Shown in pieces: positions 28,367 through 36,508 of a stretch of DNA of 36,508 nt (position 1 is its first letter; every line of letters begins with the position of its first letter). Origin of the DNA: an uncultured Campylobacter sp. (GTDB lineage: Bacteria > Campylobacterota > Campylobacteria > Campylobacterales > Campylobacteraceae). The translations under genes were made by a program, and so were the position numbers. The notes beneath the pieces were generated by a model. The model saw only the letters and a list, made by a program, of their open reading frames with translations. It did not search any database and was not told where the DNA came from. Location of the stretch: NCBI RefSeq assembly GCF_938031315.1, contig NZ_CALHHT010000503.1, positions 1 through 36,508 on the forward strand, in the 5' to 3' direction.

Positions 28367-30481
28367 TTAAGCTAATTCCAGTGAAATTTTAGTGCCTTTC
28401 TGATCGGTCACGCGCACTCGCACCACGTCGCCCGCCTTGTAAGGCGTCGTGATAAATTTAGCGCGCAGCAGCCCATCCACGCCGTCTCGTAGCGATATGA
28501 AGGTACCGAAATCCAGCACGCTTTGCACCACGCCGTCAAACTCCTCGCCGATCTGAAATTTTACCTCTTTGCGTTCACCGCGCGGCTTGCGAAAATCGCG
28601 AGAATTTGAAACTATCGATAAAATTTTCTCTTTCGCGCCCGATACGCCGCCAGATTTTGCGCCTTGGATCTTGACCTCGCCCTTTTCGCGATCCAGATCG
28701 ATATTTACGCCGAAGCTTTCGGTGATCTCTTTGATGACCTTGCCGCCCTGACCGATGATGTCTGGGATTTTGCTCGCCTCGACGCTAAAAATTTCAAGCT
28801 TCGGAAGCACGTCCTCGTTTATAACGATCGCCGCATCCGCCTGCTCCATAAGGCCCAAAATATGCGCACGAGCCTGCTTTGCCTGCGCGAGAGCCTCTTT
28901 TAAAACCTCCAGGCTGATGCCGCCGAGCTTGATATCCATCTGAAGCGCGGTGATGCCCTCATAGGTGCCCGCGACCTTAAAATCCATATCGCCGTCGTGA
29001 TCCTCAAGCCCCATTATGTCGGTTAGCACGGCGTGTTTTTCGCCCTCAAAAATCAAGCCCATCGCCACGCCCGCGACGAGCTTTAGCGTAGGCACGCCCG
29101 CTGCGCGCAATGAAAGTGCGCCGCCGCAGACCGAAGCCATCGAGCTTGAGCCGTTGCTCTCTAAAATTTCGCTCACCACGCGGATGGACTGCGGCGAGTT
29201 TAGATCGATGCTCGGATACAGCGCTCTTTTGGCTAAATTTCCATGTCCCAGCTCGCGTCTGCCCGGGCTTTTGAGCGGGCTTGCTTCGCCGACGCAAAAG
29301 CCCGGGAAGTTGTAATTAAACATAAATCTATCGCTGATCGGCTCGAGCTGCGTTAGGCTGTCGCTTAGCTGCGCATCGCTATCGCCGCCCAGCGTGGTGA
29401 CGACCAAAGCTTGCGTCTGCCCGCGCGTAAATAGGCAGCTTCCATGCGCGCACGGCAGAATATTTGTCTCGATACTGATCGGGCGCACCTCATCAAGCGC
29501 GCGTCCGTCGGCTCTGCGGCGATCCTCGATGATCTGCGTGCGGATGATGCCGCGCTTATACTTGCCGATGACGCTGGAGATCACCTCTTGGCTCCATTCG
29601 TTTTGCGCCGCGACCTCGGTAGTTAAAATTTGATCCACGATTTTGTTTAGCTCGGTAGCGCGCTCGCTCTTTGCCATCTGATTGATCGCCGCTTTAACGG
29701 CGTCTTTGTAGTTCGCGTCAATAAAATCCGCGATATCCTCATCCTCAATCTCGGGCTTGTACTCCAGGCTCGCATCGGGCTTTTTAAGCGGCAAAAAAGC
29801 CTCTTCGTAAGCGTTTGAGCCCGCGCTTATCGCCTTTGCGGCAAAATCGATCGCATCCACCATCAGATCTTCGCTAAATTCATTCATCTGCTGCACGCCG
29901 CCATTAATCTGCGGCAGGGAGCGCATCTCGATCATCAAAAGCTCATCGCCGACGCCGGCTACGTAAAGATCGAGCGCGCTAGCTTTAAGCGCGGAGTTGC
30001 TCGGATTTAAGATGAAATTTCCGTTTTGATAGCCGATGCGAACGCCGCAAACGGGCGCTTTAATTGGAATATCGCTAAGATATAGCGCCGCAGACGCCGC
30101 ATTAAGAGCGACGACTTGCAAATCAACCTCCGGATCTGCCGATAGCACGTAAACTACGATCTGCGTCGGATATGCGTATCCTTTCGGAAAGAGCGGGCGC
30201 AGCGAGCGGTCTATGATGCGGCTCGTGAGCGTCTCAAAATCGCCCGGCTTGGTCTCGCGCTTGATGTAGCCTCCGGGGATTCTGCCCGCTGCGTACATCT
30301 TTTCGATATATTGCACGGTAAGGGGCAAAAAGTCCTCCTGCACCTGCGTCTCTTCACGCGCTACGGTAGCTAGCACGACGGTATTTTTTACGCGCAAAAG
30401 CGCCGCACCCGCGGCTTGCTTTGCGACCTTATTGATATCGAAAATTTCGGTATTGCCATTTACTTCAATTTTACACTGCAT
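28367..30481 (-). CDS. pnp: Polyribonucleotide nucleotidyltransferase (PNPase)
   Basis: [44 protein letters not shown] and GDMDFKVAG motifs; KH and S1 domains. Confidence 0.98.
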   Translation of the reverse strand: MQCKIEVNGNTEIFDINKVAKQAAGAALLRVKNTVVLATVAREETQVQEDFLPLTVQYIEKMYAAGRIPGGYIKRETKPGDFETLTSRIIDRSLRPLFPKGYAYPTQIVVYVLSADPEVDLQVVALNAASAALYLSDIPIKAPVCGVRIGYQNGNFILNPSNSALKASALDLYVAGVGDELLMIEMRSLPQINGGVQQMNEFSEDLMVDAIDFAAKAISAGSNAYEEAFLPLKKPDASLEYKPEIEDEDIADFIDANYKDAVKAAINQMAKSERATELNKIVDQILTTEVAAQNEWSQEVISSVIGKYKRGIIRTQIIEDRRRADGRALDEVRPISIETNILPCAHGSCLFTRGQTQALVVTTLGGDSDAQLSDSLTQLEPISDRFMFNYNFPGFCVGEASPLKSPGRRELGHGNLAKRALYPSIDLNSPQSIRVVSEILESNGSSSMASVCGGALSLRAAGVPTLKLVAGVAMGLIFEGEKHAVLTDIMGLEDHDGDMDFKVAGTYEGITALQMDIKLGGISLEVLKEALAQAKQARAHILGLMEQADAAIVINEDVLPKLEIFSVEASKIPDIIGQGGKVIKEITESFGVNIDLDREKGEVKIQGAKSGGVSGAKEKILSIVSNSRDFRKPRGERKEVKFQIGEEFDGVVQSVLDFGTFISLRDGVDGLLRAKFITTPYKAGDVVRVRVTDQKGTKISLELA

Positions 30482-31184
30482 TAATTTTCTCCTTGTTTTT
30501 GTTGGTCTCGTGAAACGGCAGATAAAGCGGGCATTTGTTTAAAATTTGCATTATCTCCTCCGCGCTTGAGAGCGTTTTTTCTTTGTAATAAAAATCCACG
30601 TTCACAAAATCTCTGATCTTATGAACAGCATAAATTCCATCTACTAGCATGGCGATCTCGTCTGCATTATCGCTGCCGATAACGGGCGTGGCATAAAAGA
30701 TCGCTTTGGCGTTTAAGCTTACGAGCGTCTTTATGCAAGTAAGCGCGGTCAGCCCGCTCTCACACCCTTCATCTACCAAGATGACGTTTTTTTTCTCTAA
30801 ATTTCCCAAAAGCTCGCCCTTGCGAAATTTATACATGTTTTTTAAAATTTTCTCCTCATAAAGTCTATTCGCCTGCCCGTAAACGTAATCCAGGCTGATG
30901 CCGAAGCTTCGCACGAGCTCATCTACCATCACGATCTCTTGGGTTTCGCTTACGCACGCGATCGCGCATTCCGGATTATTGGGCGCCAAAACGGGTTCTG
31001 TGAATAAAAACTCATAATGAAGTCCCAGCTTTAAGGCAAGATGGTTTGCGATAGGAAGCGACTCCAGAGACTGGGCGATTATTAGAAAATTATCGTTTTT
31101 GATCACGGTAGCGGGTAAAATTTCTGCGAGTTTCATCGCGGCGTCGATTTGGTTTTCAAACATCAGCTCAGCTCTAGGCGTCAT
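30471..31184 (-). CDS. Phosphoribosyltransferase-family protein
   Basis: PRPP-loop-like [23 protein letters not shown]; lies between lptD and pnp as in other campylobacters. Confidence 0.75.
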   Translation of the reverse strand: MTPRAELMFENQIDAAMKLAEILPATVIKNDNFLIIAQSLESLPIANHLALKLGLHYEFLFTEPVLAPNNPECAIACVSETQEIVMVDELVRSFGISLDYVYGQANRLYEEKILKNMYKFRKGELLGNLEKKNVILVDEGCESGLTALTCIKTLVSLNAKAIFYATPVIGSDNADEIAMLVDGIYAVHKIRDFVNVDFYYKEKTLSSAEEIMQILNKCPLYLPFHETNKNKEKINAV

Positions 31185-33442
31185 TATTTTTCGCTTCCGT
31201 ATTCGCTATCTACCGAAAAATCATACCCTACTCCGCCGAACGGATAGAAATTTACGAGAAAGTAAATTCCGCGCTCCTTGCTTGCTTTGCTATAGCCCGT
31301 CGTACTGGTATTTTTAGGCTCGATATCCTCTTGATACACAAAAGAGTAATTCCAACACTTGCGCGTATGAGAAAGCCCCACGCGCCACATTTTAGAATAA
31401 GATCGCTCCAAGTCGTAATCCCAACGACCGAAAATTTTATTATTCCTAGGCAAATTTACCGAAGCGTTTACGATGCCGTAGTTATCTTTCGTATAGCGTT
31501 TAGGCTCCATGCTTAGCTTTTCATATTCGTAAGCGTGGCTGAGTCCAAAGCTAAAGTCGTCGTTGGAGTAGTTGGCGTAGGTATAGACCTTATCGAAGCT
31601 TTTATATTTATGCGAGTAGGTAAAGCGGTTTCCGATATTTAGCCCATTTGCAAAATACGCATCGATGCGGTGTTCTAAATCGTCGAACTCATGATCGTCG
31701 AAGTCATATCGCTGCTTGACGCTATGGCGTAAGAATTTACGTCCGTCTTCATTATAAAAAAACTGCGTCATACTTAAAGCTGCATTTTCGTGGGTGTATT
31801 CGTCACTAAGCTCGCTTAAGAAATTATCCTCCCAATAAAGCGAGTCTTGCAAGTTACCTAGCCGCGAGCGATCTACTGCGCCGCGAGCAAGGTCGTATTT
31901 ATACTGATGATACTTTAAAATTCTATCCTCGATGTCGCCTTGCTGCCAGCTTGGAATTCTAAAATCCGCTCTCCAGCTCATCGTATGATACAAGCTATCG
32001 TAAGCCCTGGCTACGTCGGTGTAGAGTGAAAGCTCGGTGTATTGATTAGCATAGAAAGTGCTTTTATCCTCGCCAAGATCGCCGTTTGCGTAGTAGAATT
32101 TATCGTGCCAATCGATATTAGTCATATACACTCGCTCGGTAAAGGCGAAATTTAAATAATCCGCCAGTAGTGGCGTGCTTATACTAATCGGCACGTCAAA
32201 CTCGTATTGGCGAGCAGTCGCGCCCTCCCATCTGGTATAATTACGCGCCTTCGCATCAAGCGAATAGATCAAATTTGGCAGCCCCAAATCATTGCTAAAT
32301 TTATGATATTGCAGCGTCGGAAGCTCTTGGACGGTATCTTCATTACGGAAAGTATTATCGGCGTTTAGCTTACTCGTATCGATGTAGTATCGTCCGTAAG
32401 CGCCAAAATAGTGCTCGTCTGAGGTCAAATAATAATTCAGCCGTGAAGTTACGAGCGAATTATCCGCATCGTCGCTAAGACCGCCCTTTTCCTTCAGATC
32501 ATAGTATTCCAGATCGTTTAGCTGAGTAAAATCGATCCATAAATTTTCGCGCAGATCGCCGTCTAGCAAATAGGTCGCAAGCTTGCTGCGATCGTATTGC
32601 ACTTCAAAGCCGTGGTGGCGCTCGTTTTTGTATTCGAGCCGCTTTTGCGCCCGCGAAAAGTTATCGAAGATTCCGCCTCTGATCTCACCGTAAGAGTACG
32701 GAGACTCCGTGAAGCGAAAGGTGCCGTAGGCGCCAAAGCCCCTTCTGCTGCGCACCTGCGGATCGAGCTGAAAATCCCAGCTATCGTAAGGCGCGAAATA
32801 GATCGGCTGCTTGTAATAAATCCCTTCCTTGCTGATGTAGCCCGCCTCGGGAGGTAGCAGACCCGTGCGGCGCGTGCGGTCGGTCGGGAAGCCGAAATAC
32901 GGCAGATAGAGCACCGGCACGTCGCCCACGTAAAATCTCGGATTGAAAAGATGGAGGAATTTGCTCTCTTTATTAAGCATGCCGCTGCTAAATTTGATGC
33001 GCCAATCAGGATCGGTGACGTTGCAACTAGATACGCTGGAGCCCTCCACGCGGTAATACTCGCTGTCGCTGCAGCTAGCGTCGTTTTGCATCCAAAGCTC
33101 GGAGTCCTTATCCATCATAAAATTTACGTCGGCTTCCTGCTTATCGTTTTTCAGATCGATTTTGACGTATTCGGCGCGGGTGGTTTCGCTGCTGCCGCGC
33201 ATCGCATTGACATTACCAAAAAGCTCGATGATGCCGTTTTGCTCGTCGTATGTAGCGCGATCGGCGGTGATGAAGTAGTCCTGCGAATACACCGTTACGT
33301 TGCCACTAGCCTCCGTCAAAAAGCCGTTTTTCTCGACATTATCTGCTATAAGCTCGACGTCTTGGACCTTTGCGCTCACACTGCTTGCTAAAAGAGCGCT
33401 AAAACTAAGCGCTAGAATTTTAAATTTTTTACTCTTTTTCAA
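31184..33442 (-). CDS. lptD: LPS-assembly outer-membrane protein LptD
   Basis: Signal peptide, OstA-like N-terminal domain, SSC…W, PVLYLPYFGFP…RRTGLLPP, aromatic beta-barrel C-terminus. Confidence 0.92.
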   Translation of the reverse strand: MKKSKKFKILALSFSALLASSVSAKVQDVELIADNVEKNGFLTEASGNVTVYSQDYFITADRATYDEQNGIIELFGNVNAMRGSSETTRAEYVKIDLKNDKQEADVNFMMDKDSELWMQNDASCSDSEYYRVEGSSVSSCNVTDPDWRIKFSSGMLNKESKFLHLFNPRFYVGDVPVLYLPYFGFPTDRTRRTGLLPPEAGYISKEGIYYKQPIYFAPYDSWDFQLDPQVRSRRGFGAYGTFRFTESPYSYGEIRGGIFDNFSRAQKRLEYKNERHHGFEVQYDRSKLATYLLDGDLRENLWIDFTQLNDLEYYDLKEKGGLSDDADNSLVTSRLNYYLTSDEHYFGAYGRYYIDTSKLNADNTFRNEDTVQELPTLQYHKFSNDLGLPNLIYSLDAKARNYTRWEGATARQYEFDVPISISTPLLADYLNFAFTERVYMTNIDWHDKFYYANGDLGEDKSTFYANQYTELSLYTDVARAYDSLYHTMSWRADFRIPSWQQGDIEDRILKYHQYKYDLARGAVDRSRLGNLQDSLYWEDNFLSELSDEYTHENAALSMTQFFYNEDGRKFLRHSVKQRYDFDDHEFDDLEHRIDAYFANGLNIGNRFTYSHKYKSFDKVYTYANYSNDDFSFGLSHAYEYEKLSMEPKRYTKDNYGIVNASVNLPRNNKIFGRWDYDLERSYSKMWRVGLSHTRKCWNYSFVYQEDIEPKNTSTTGYSKASKERGIYFLVNFYPFGGVGYDFSVDSEYGSEK

Positions 33443-33866
33443 TCTCTACCACCAATGTTTTCGCCGCCATATCATGCAGGCTCTGACGCGAGTTCGTAAA
33501 AAGCGCCACCAAAAATCCCATATAAAAGATCATCTCGCTTATCAACCTAACCGCCGCGCGGATCGCTGCAGTAGCGATATCCATAGAGCTGCCGTCAGCG
33601 CGGACGCAATAAATTTTAACCGCAAGCTTGCCTAGCGTCGCGCCGTATAGATAGACAAAAATCGCCTGATATAAAAATTTTATTATCGCGTAATGCAAAA
33701 TGAATTTTGACGCGATCTTTTGTACCTCAAGATTGCTTCCGCTCTGCGCCGCTGCGACAAGCTCTGGCTCGTCGATAGCAAATAGCACGACCACAAAAAG
33801 CGTTACGCTCACCGCTTCGTCGATACTAAACGCAATTACGCGCTTGCTAAGCGGAGCGACGATCAA
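33429..33866 (-). CDS. RDD family membrane protein
   Basis: [23 protein letters not shown] and RQSLHD motifs. Confidence 0.88.
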   Translation of the reverse strand: MIVAPLSKRVIAFSIDEAVSVTLFVVVLFAIDEPELVAAAQSGSNLEVQKIASKFILHYAIIKFLYQAIFVYLYGATLGKLAVKIYCVRADGSSMDIATAAIRAAVRLISEMIFYMGFLVALFTNSRQSLHDMAAKTLVVEIEKE

Positions 33867-35119
33867 ATTTTATCTCTTAAGGCTTGGTGCGCGATATCGC
33901 GCCTATACTGCGCGCCGCTAAATTTTATATTTTCGCACAGCGCGTAAGCCGTATCGCGCGCCTGCTTTAAGCTCTGTGCGACGCCCACGCTTACCAAAAC
34001 GCGCCCGCCGCTAGCGTAAATTTGCCCGTCCCGCTCGCTCACGCCTGCATAGCAGATATGCGCATCCGCGGGAATTTCGCCGACCTCGATCAAAGCAGGC
34101 TGCGAAGAGCCGTAAGGATAGCGCTCGCTAGCCATCACGACGCCTACCGCAAATCGCTTTTTTAAGCTTATGCTGTTTAGCTTGCCTACGGCGGCGTTGT
34201 ATAAAATTTCGCTCAAATTTCCGTCAATTAGCGGCATCAAAACCTCGCACTCCGGATCTCCGAAACGGACGTTGTACTCCAGCACATAAGGCTCGCCGCC
34301 CACGATCATAAGCCCCACGAACAGCACGCCGCAAAAGGGCGCGCCCTGCTGCCGCATCCCTTTTAGCGTGGGTGCTACGATCTCGCTCTGCACTCTTTTT
34401 ATCAGCGCGGCATCCGCTAGCGGGCTTGGCGCATAAGCTCCCATGCCGCCGGTGTTCGGGCCCAGATCGCCGTCAAGTAGCTTTTTGTGATCCTGCGCTA
34501 CGGGCAAGCTTACGAAATTCTCCCCGTCGCAGATCGCAAAAAAGCTCAGCTCGAAGCCCTCTAAAAACTCCTCCACGACGACGCGCTTGCCCGCTTCGCC
34601 GAAGCTTTCGCCGCTTAGCATATCTGCAGCGGCTTTTTTAGCTTCATCTTTAGAATTTGCGATGATAACGCCTTTGCCAGCGCACAGGCCGTCCGCTTTG
34701 ACCACGACGCGGCCGTCTAGGGTATCGATAAATTTTGAAATTTCGGATAGATCGTCGCTGCTTAGGAATTTTGCGGTTTTAATATGATTTCGCGCCAGAA
34801 AGTCCTTCATATAGGCTTTGGAGCCCTCAAGCTTCGCCGCAGCGGCGCTAGGACCGAATATCGCGAGACCTTGCGCTTTAAAAATATCCACGATCCCTTT
34901 TGTAAGCGGCTCTTCGGCACCCACGATAGTAAGAGCTACGTCGTTGTTTTTGGCAAAGAGCGCAAGTTCATCAAAATCTTTTAAATCTAAATTTTTACCG
35001 AGCGCCTTTGTAGCGCCGTTTCCTGGAGCAAAATACAGATTTAAAACGTTTTTATCCTCGCGAAGTCTTAGCCCGATCGCGTATTCTCTACCGCCGCCGC
35101 CGATTATTAGGATATTCAA
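33863..35119 (-). CDS. purD: Phosphoribosylamine--glycine ligase
   Basis: [33 protein letters not shown]…[14 protein letters not shown] and GGRVL motifs; TTG start with GGAGG RBS. Confidence 0.98.
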   Translation of the reverse strand: MNILIIGGGGREYAIGLRLREDKNVLNLYFAPGNGATKALGKNLDLKDFDELALFAKNNDVALTIVGAEEPLTKGIVDIFKAQGLAIFGPSAAAAKLEGSKAYMKDFLARNHIKTAKFLSSDDLSEISKFIDTLDGRVVVKADGLCAGKGVIIANSKDEAKKAAADMLSGESFGEAGKRVVVEEFLEGFELSFFAICDGENFVSLPVAQDHKKLLDGDLGPNTGGMGAYAPSPLADAALIKRVQSEIVAPTLKGMRQQGAPFCGVLFVGLMIVGGEPYVLEYNVRFGDPECEVLMPLIDGNLSEILYNAAVGKLNSISLKKRFAVGVVMASERYPYGSSQPALIEVGEIPADAHICYAGVSERDGQIYASGGRVLVSVGVAQSLKQARDTAYALCENIKFSGAQYRRDIAHQALRDKI

Positions 35120-35139
35120 TGAAGCCTCCGTAACGTAAA

Positions 35140-35335
35140 AAACCCAAGTGAGCGTTGCGTAAAAAGAATCGGCTCAAACAAAGCCAATCTTGCAACTAGG
35201 AAAAATCTCTAGGTCGCAACCCGTAACTTTAAAAAAGCTCGAGCCGAGCCGCGTCACACGGACCTCTCACGTCGTCGCTTATACAAATATGTTGAACCCT
35301 CATATAAAACGCTCTCGCTTCACCCAGGCTTGGGC
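35140..35335 (-). ncRNA. ssrS: 6S RNA (epsilonproteobacterial 'purD' RNA motif); ends approximate
   Basis: ~195-nt non-coding stretch directly upstream of purD, the known 6S position in Campylobacter/Helicobacter. It has its own TATAAT, 5' CCCAAG…GAGCGTT complementary to 3' AACGCTCACTTGGG, inner stems (GGCTC/GAGCC; TTGCGAC-CTAG…CTAG-TTGCAA) and a U-run at the end. Confidence 0.8.
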
Positions 35336-35338
35336 AAA

Positions 35339-35344
35339 ATTATA
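35339..35344 (-). promoter_or_regulatory. -10 box (TATAAT) for 6S RNA/purD
   Basis: Minus strand reads GACTATAATTTTGCCC immediately before the predicted RNA 5' end. Confidence 0.7.
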
Positions 35345-35361
35345 GTCTAAATTTGCTTAAA

Positions 35362-36006
35362 CTATGGCAAAAGCGCCAGATCGACGCAGGATTTTATCGA
35401 CATTCTTTCGCAGATTATCGGCTCGCAAAACTCGCTCAAAACGCTCGCCGTCGTCCTACCGATACAGATCGCCTTGTAGCCCCCGTCCCAGCCGAAATTT
35501 GCGGTAAAGCCGCGCACGTTTTTAGGCGAGGTAAAAATCAGCGTGCTGCCTTGCGGCGGCTTTGCGGTAGCAGGCAGGCTAAGGACGCAATTTTCGTAGG
35601 CGATCACGCTTTGCAGCCGCACGCCGGCGCTAGATAGAATTTGCTCCAGCTTCGATACCGTCTCGCGCGCACGCAGATACAGCGCGTCTCTGCCCCTTAG
35701 AAGCGGCGCGATCTCCGCGGCAAACTCATTTCCGTGCCCGTGCCGCGCCGTGTAGATATCGCGAAATCCAAACTCGCGCGCAGCCGCCGCACACGGCTCG
35801 CCGATAGCGTAAACGGGCGTATCTAAATCGACCGAAATTTCATTAAATTTTATCGCCGCTACCGCATTTTTGGAGGTAAAAATTAGCGCGCCGATCTGCG
35901 CAGGCAGGCTAAATTTGAGAAATTTTATCTCGCAGACCGCAAGCTGCCTCACCCGCGGATGATCAAATCTCGTATTAGACACCAAATATATCAAAACGCC
36001 CTCCAT
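35362..36006 (-). CDS. hemD: Uroporphyrinogen-III synthase
   Basis: LIFTSKNAV, YAIG, YLRA…VS, AYEN, IFTSP and CIGRTT motifs. Confidence 0.88.
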   Translation of the reverse strand: MEGVLIYLVSNTRFDHPRVRQLAVCEIKFLKFSLPAQIGALIFTSKNAVAAIKFNEISVDLDTPVYAIGEPCAAAAREFGFRDIYTARHGHGNEFAAEIAPLLRGRDALYLRARETVSKLEQILSSAGVRLQSVIAYENCVLSLPATAKPPQGSTLIFTSPKNVRGFTANFGWDGGYKAICIGRTTASVLSEFCEPIICERMSIKSCVDLALLP

Positions 36007-36468
36007 GTTTAAATTTGCTTCGATTAAATTCCGCTCTCGAAAAAATCCGATCTGTCGTCATTAATCTTTGAGTTTAAAATTTAATTCCGCTCCGTACCGC
36101 CCTCGGCACCGGTTAAAACCCGCGCGCAAAGCCCTCTCCGCTTTTCAGTCGCGCTTAAGCAACCTAGCGGCGGCACGCTTTTTAAAATTTTACTCGCAGG
36201 CGAAGCGTCAAATTTAAATTCATCGCTTTACGCGAGCTCTGCCTTTTAAATTTTATTTCGCAGTCTGCGACTGAAATTTCAAAATCTCGTCACAAAGCCC
36301 GTTCCGCGCACAGCTAACACGCCACCGCTTGCCAATCCCGCCCAGCCCGTGTATGTGTCCGCACAGATCGTCGAGCTCGCCGAATTTTAAAATTTAAAGT
36401 TGCGGCTACGAAATTTCAAAGCTACGAGCGCTAAATTTTAAAATTTCGCCGCTCTTAGCCCCTTAAAT

Positions 36469-36507
36469 TTATCCTTTCAGCCACTCGTTTAAAATTTCAA
36501 TCTGCGC
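36469..36507 (-). CDS. Possible 3' end of a gene entering from the right edge (…AQIEILNEWLKG*)
   Basis: Open frame from the edge to TAA at 36469-36471. Too short to identify. Confidence 0.35.
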   Translation of the reverse strand, partial: AQIEILNEWLKG

Positions 36508-36508
36508 C

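Overview
This is an epsilonproteobacterial chromosome segment. Gene content, AAGGA-type RBSs, TATAAT -10 boxes and moderately GC-rich coding DNA point to an oral Campylobacter (C. gracilis/rectus/showae-like); the taxonomy is inference. Most genes are housekeeping: pckA, pycB, cysQ, accB/accC, a type II asparaginase, dcd-topA-phosphoesterase-CPA2 antiporter, and hemD-6S RNA-purD-RDD-lptD-PRTase-pnp-USP. Accessory content includes a five-gene minus-strand peptide/amide-catabolism operon (two M20 hydrolases, pepE, a DcuC-family transporter, pepT) whose first gene is frameshifted. Also present are a DsbI/DsbB homologue lacking its catalytic CXXC, a CAP-domain lipoprotein with a GlyGly-CTERM-like tail, a lone prepilin, a lone SapC, a frameshifted NAD(P)-binding oxidoreductase, an SDR remnant and several orphan hypotheticals. 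RAATTY (AAATTT/GAATTT) hexamers are very dense in intergenic DNA, and RAATTY-rich DNA forms in-frame insertions in coding regions, including ~230 aa inside the phosphoesterase. I saw no CRISPR array, IS element, prophage, rRNA or tRNA. All family assignments come from motif recognition, not database searches.
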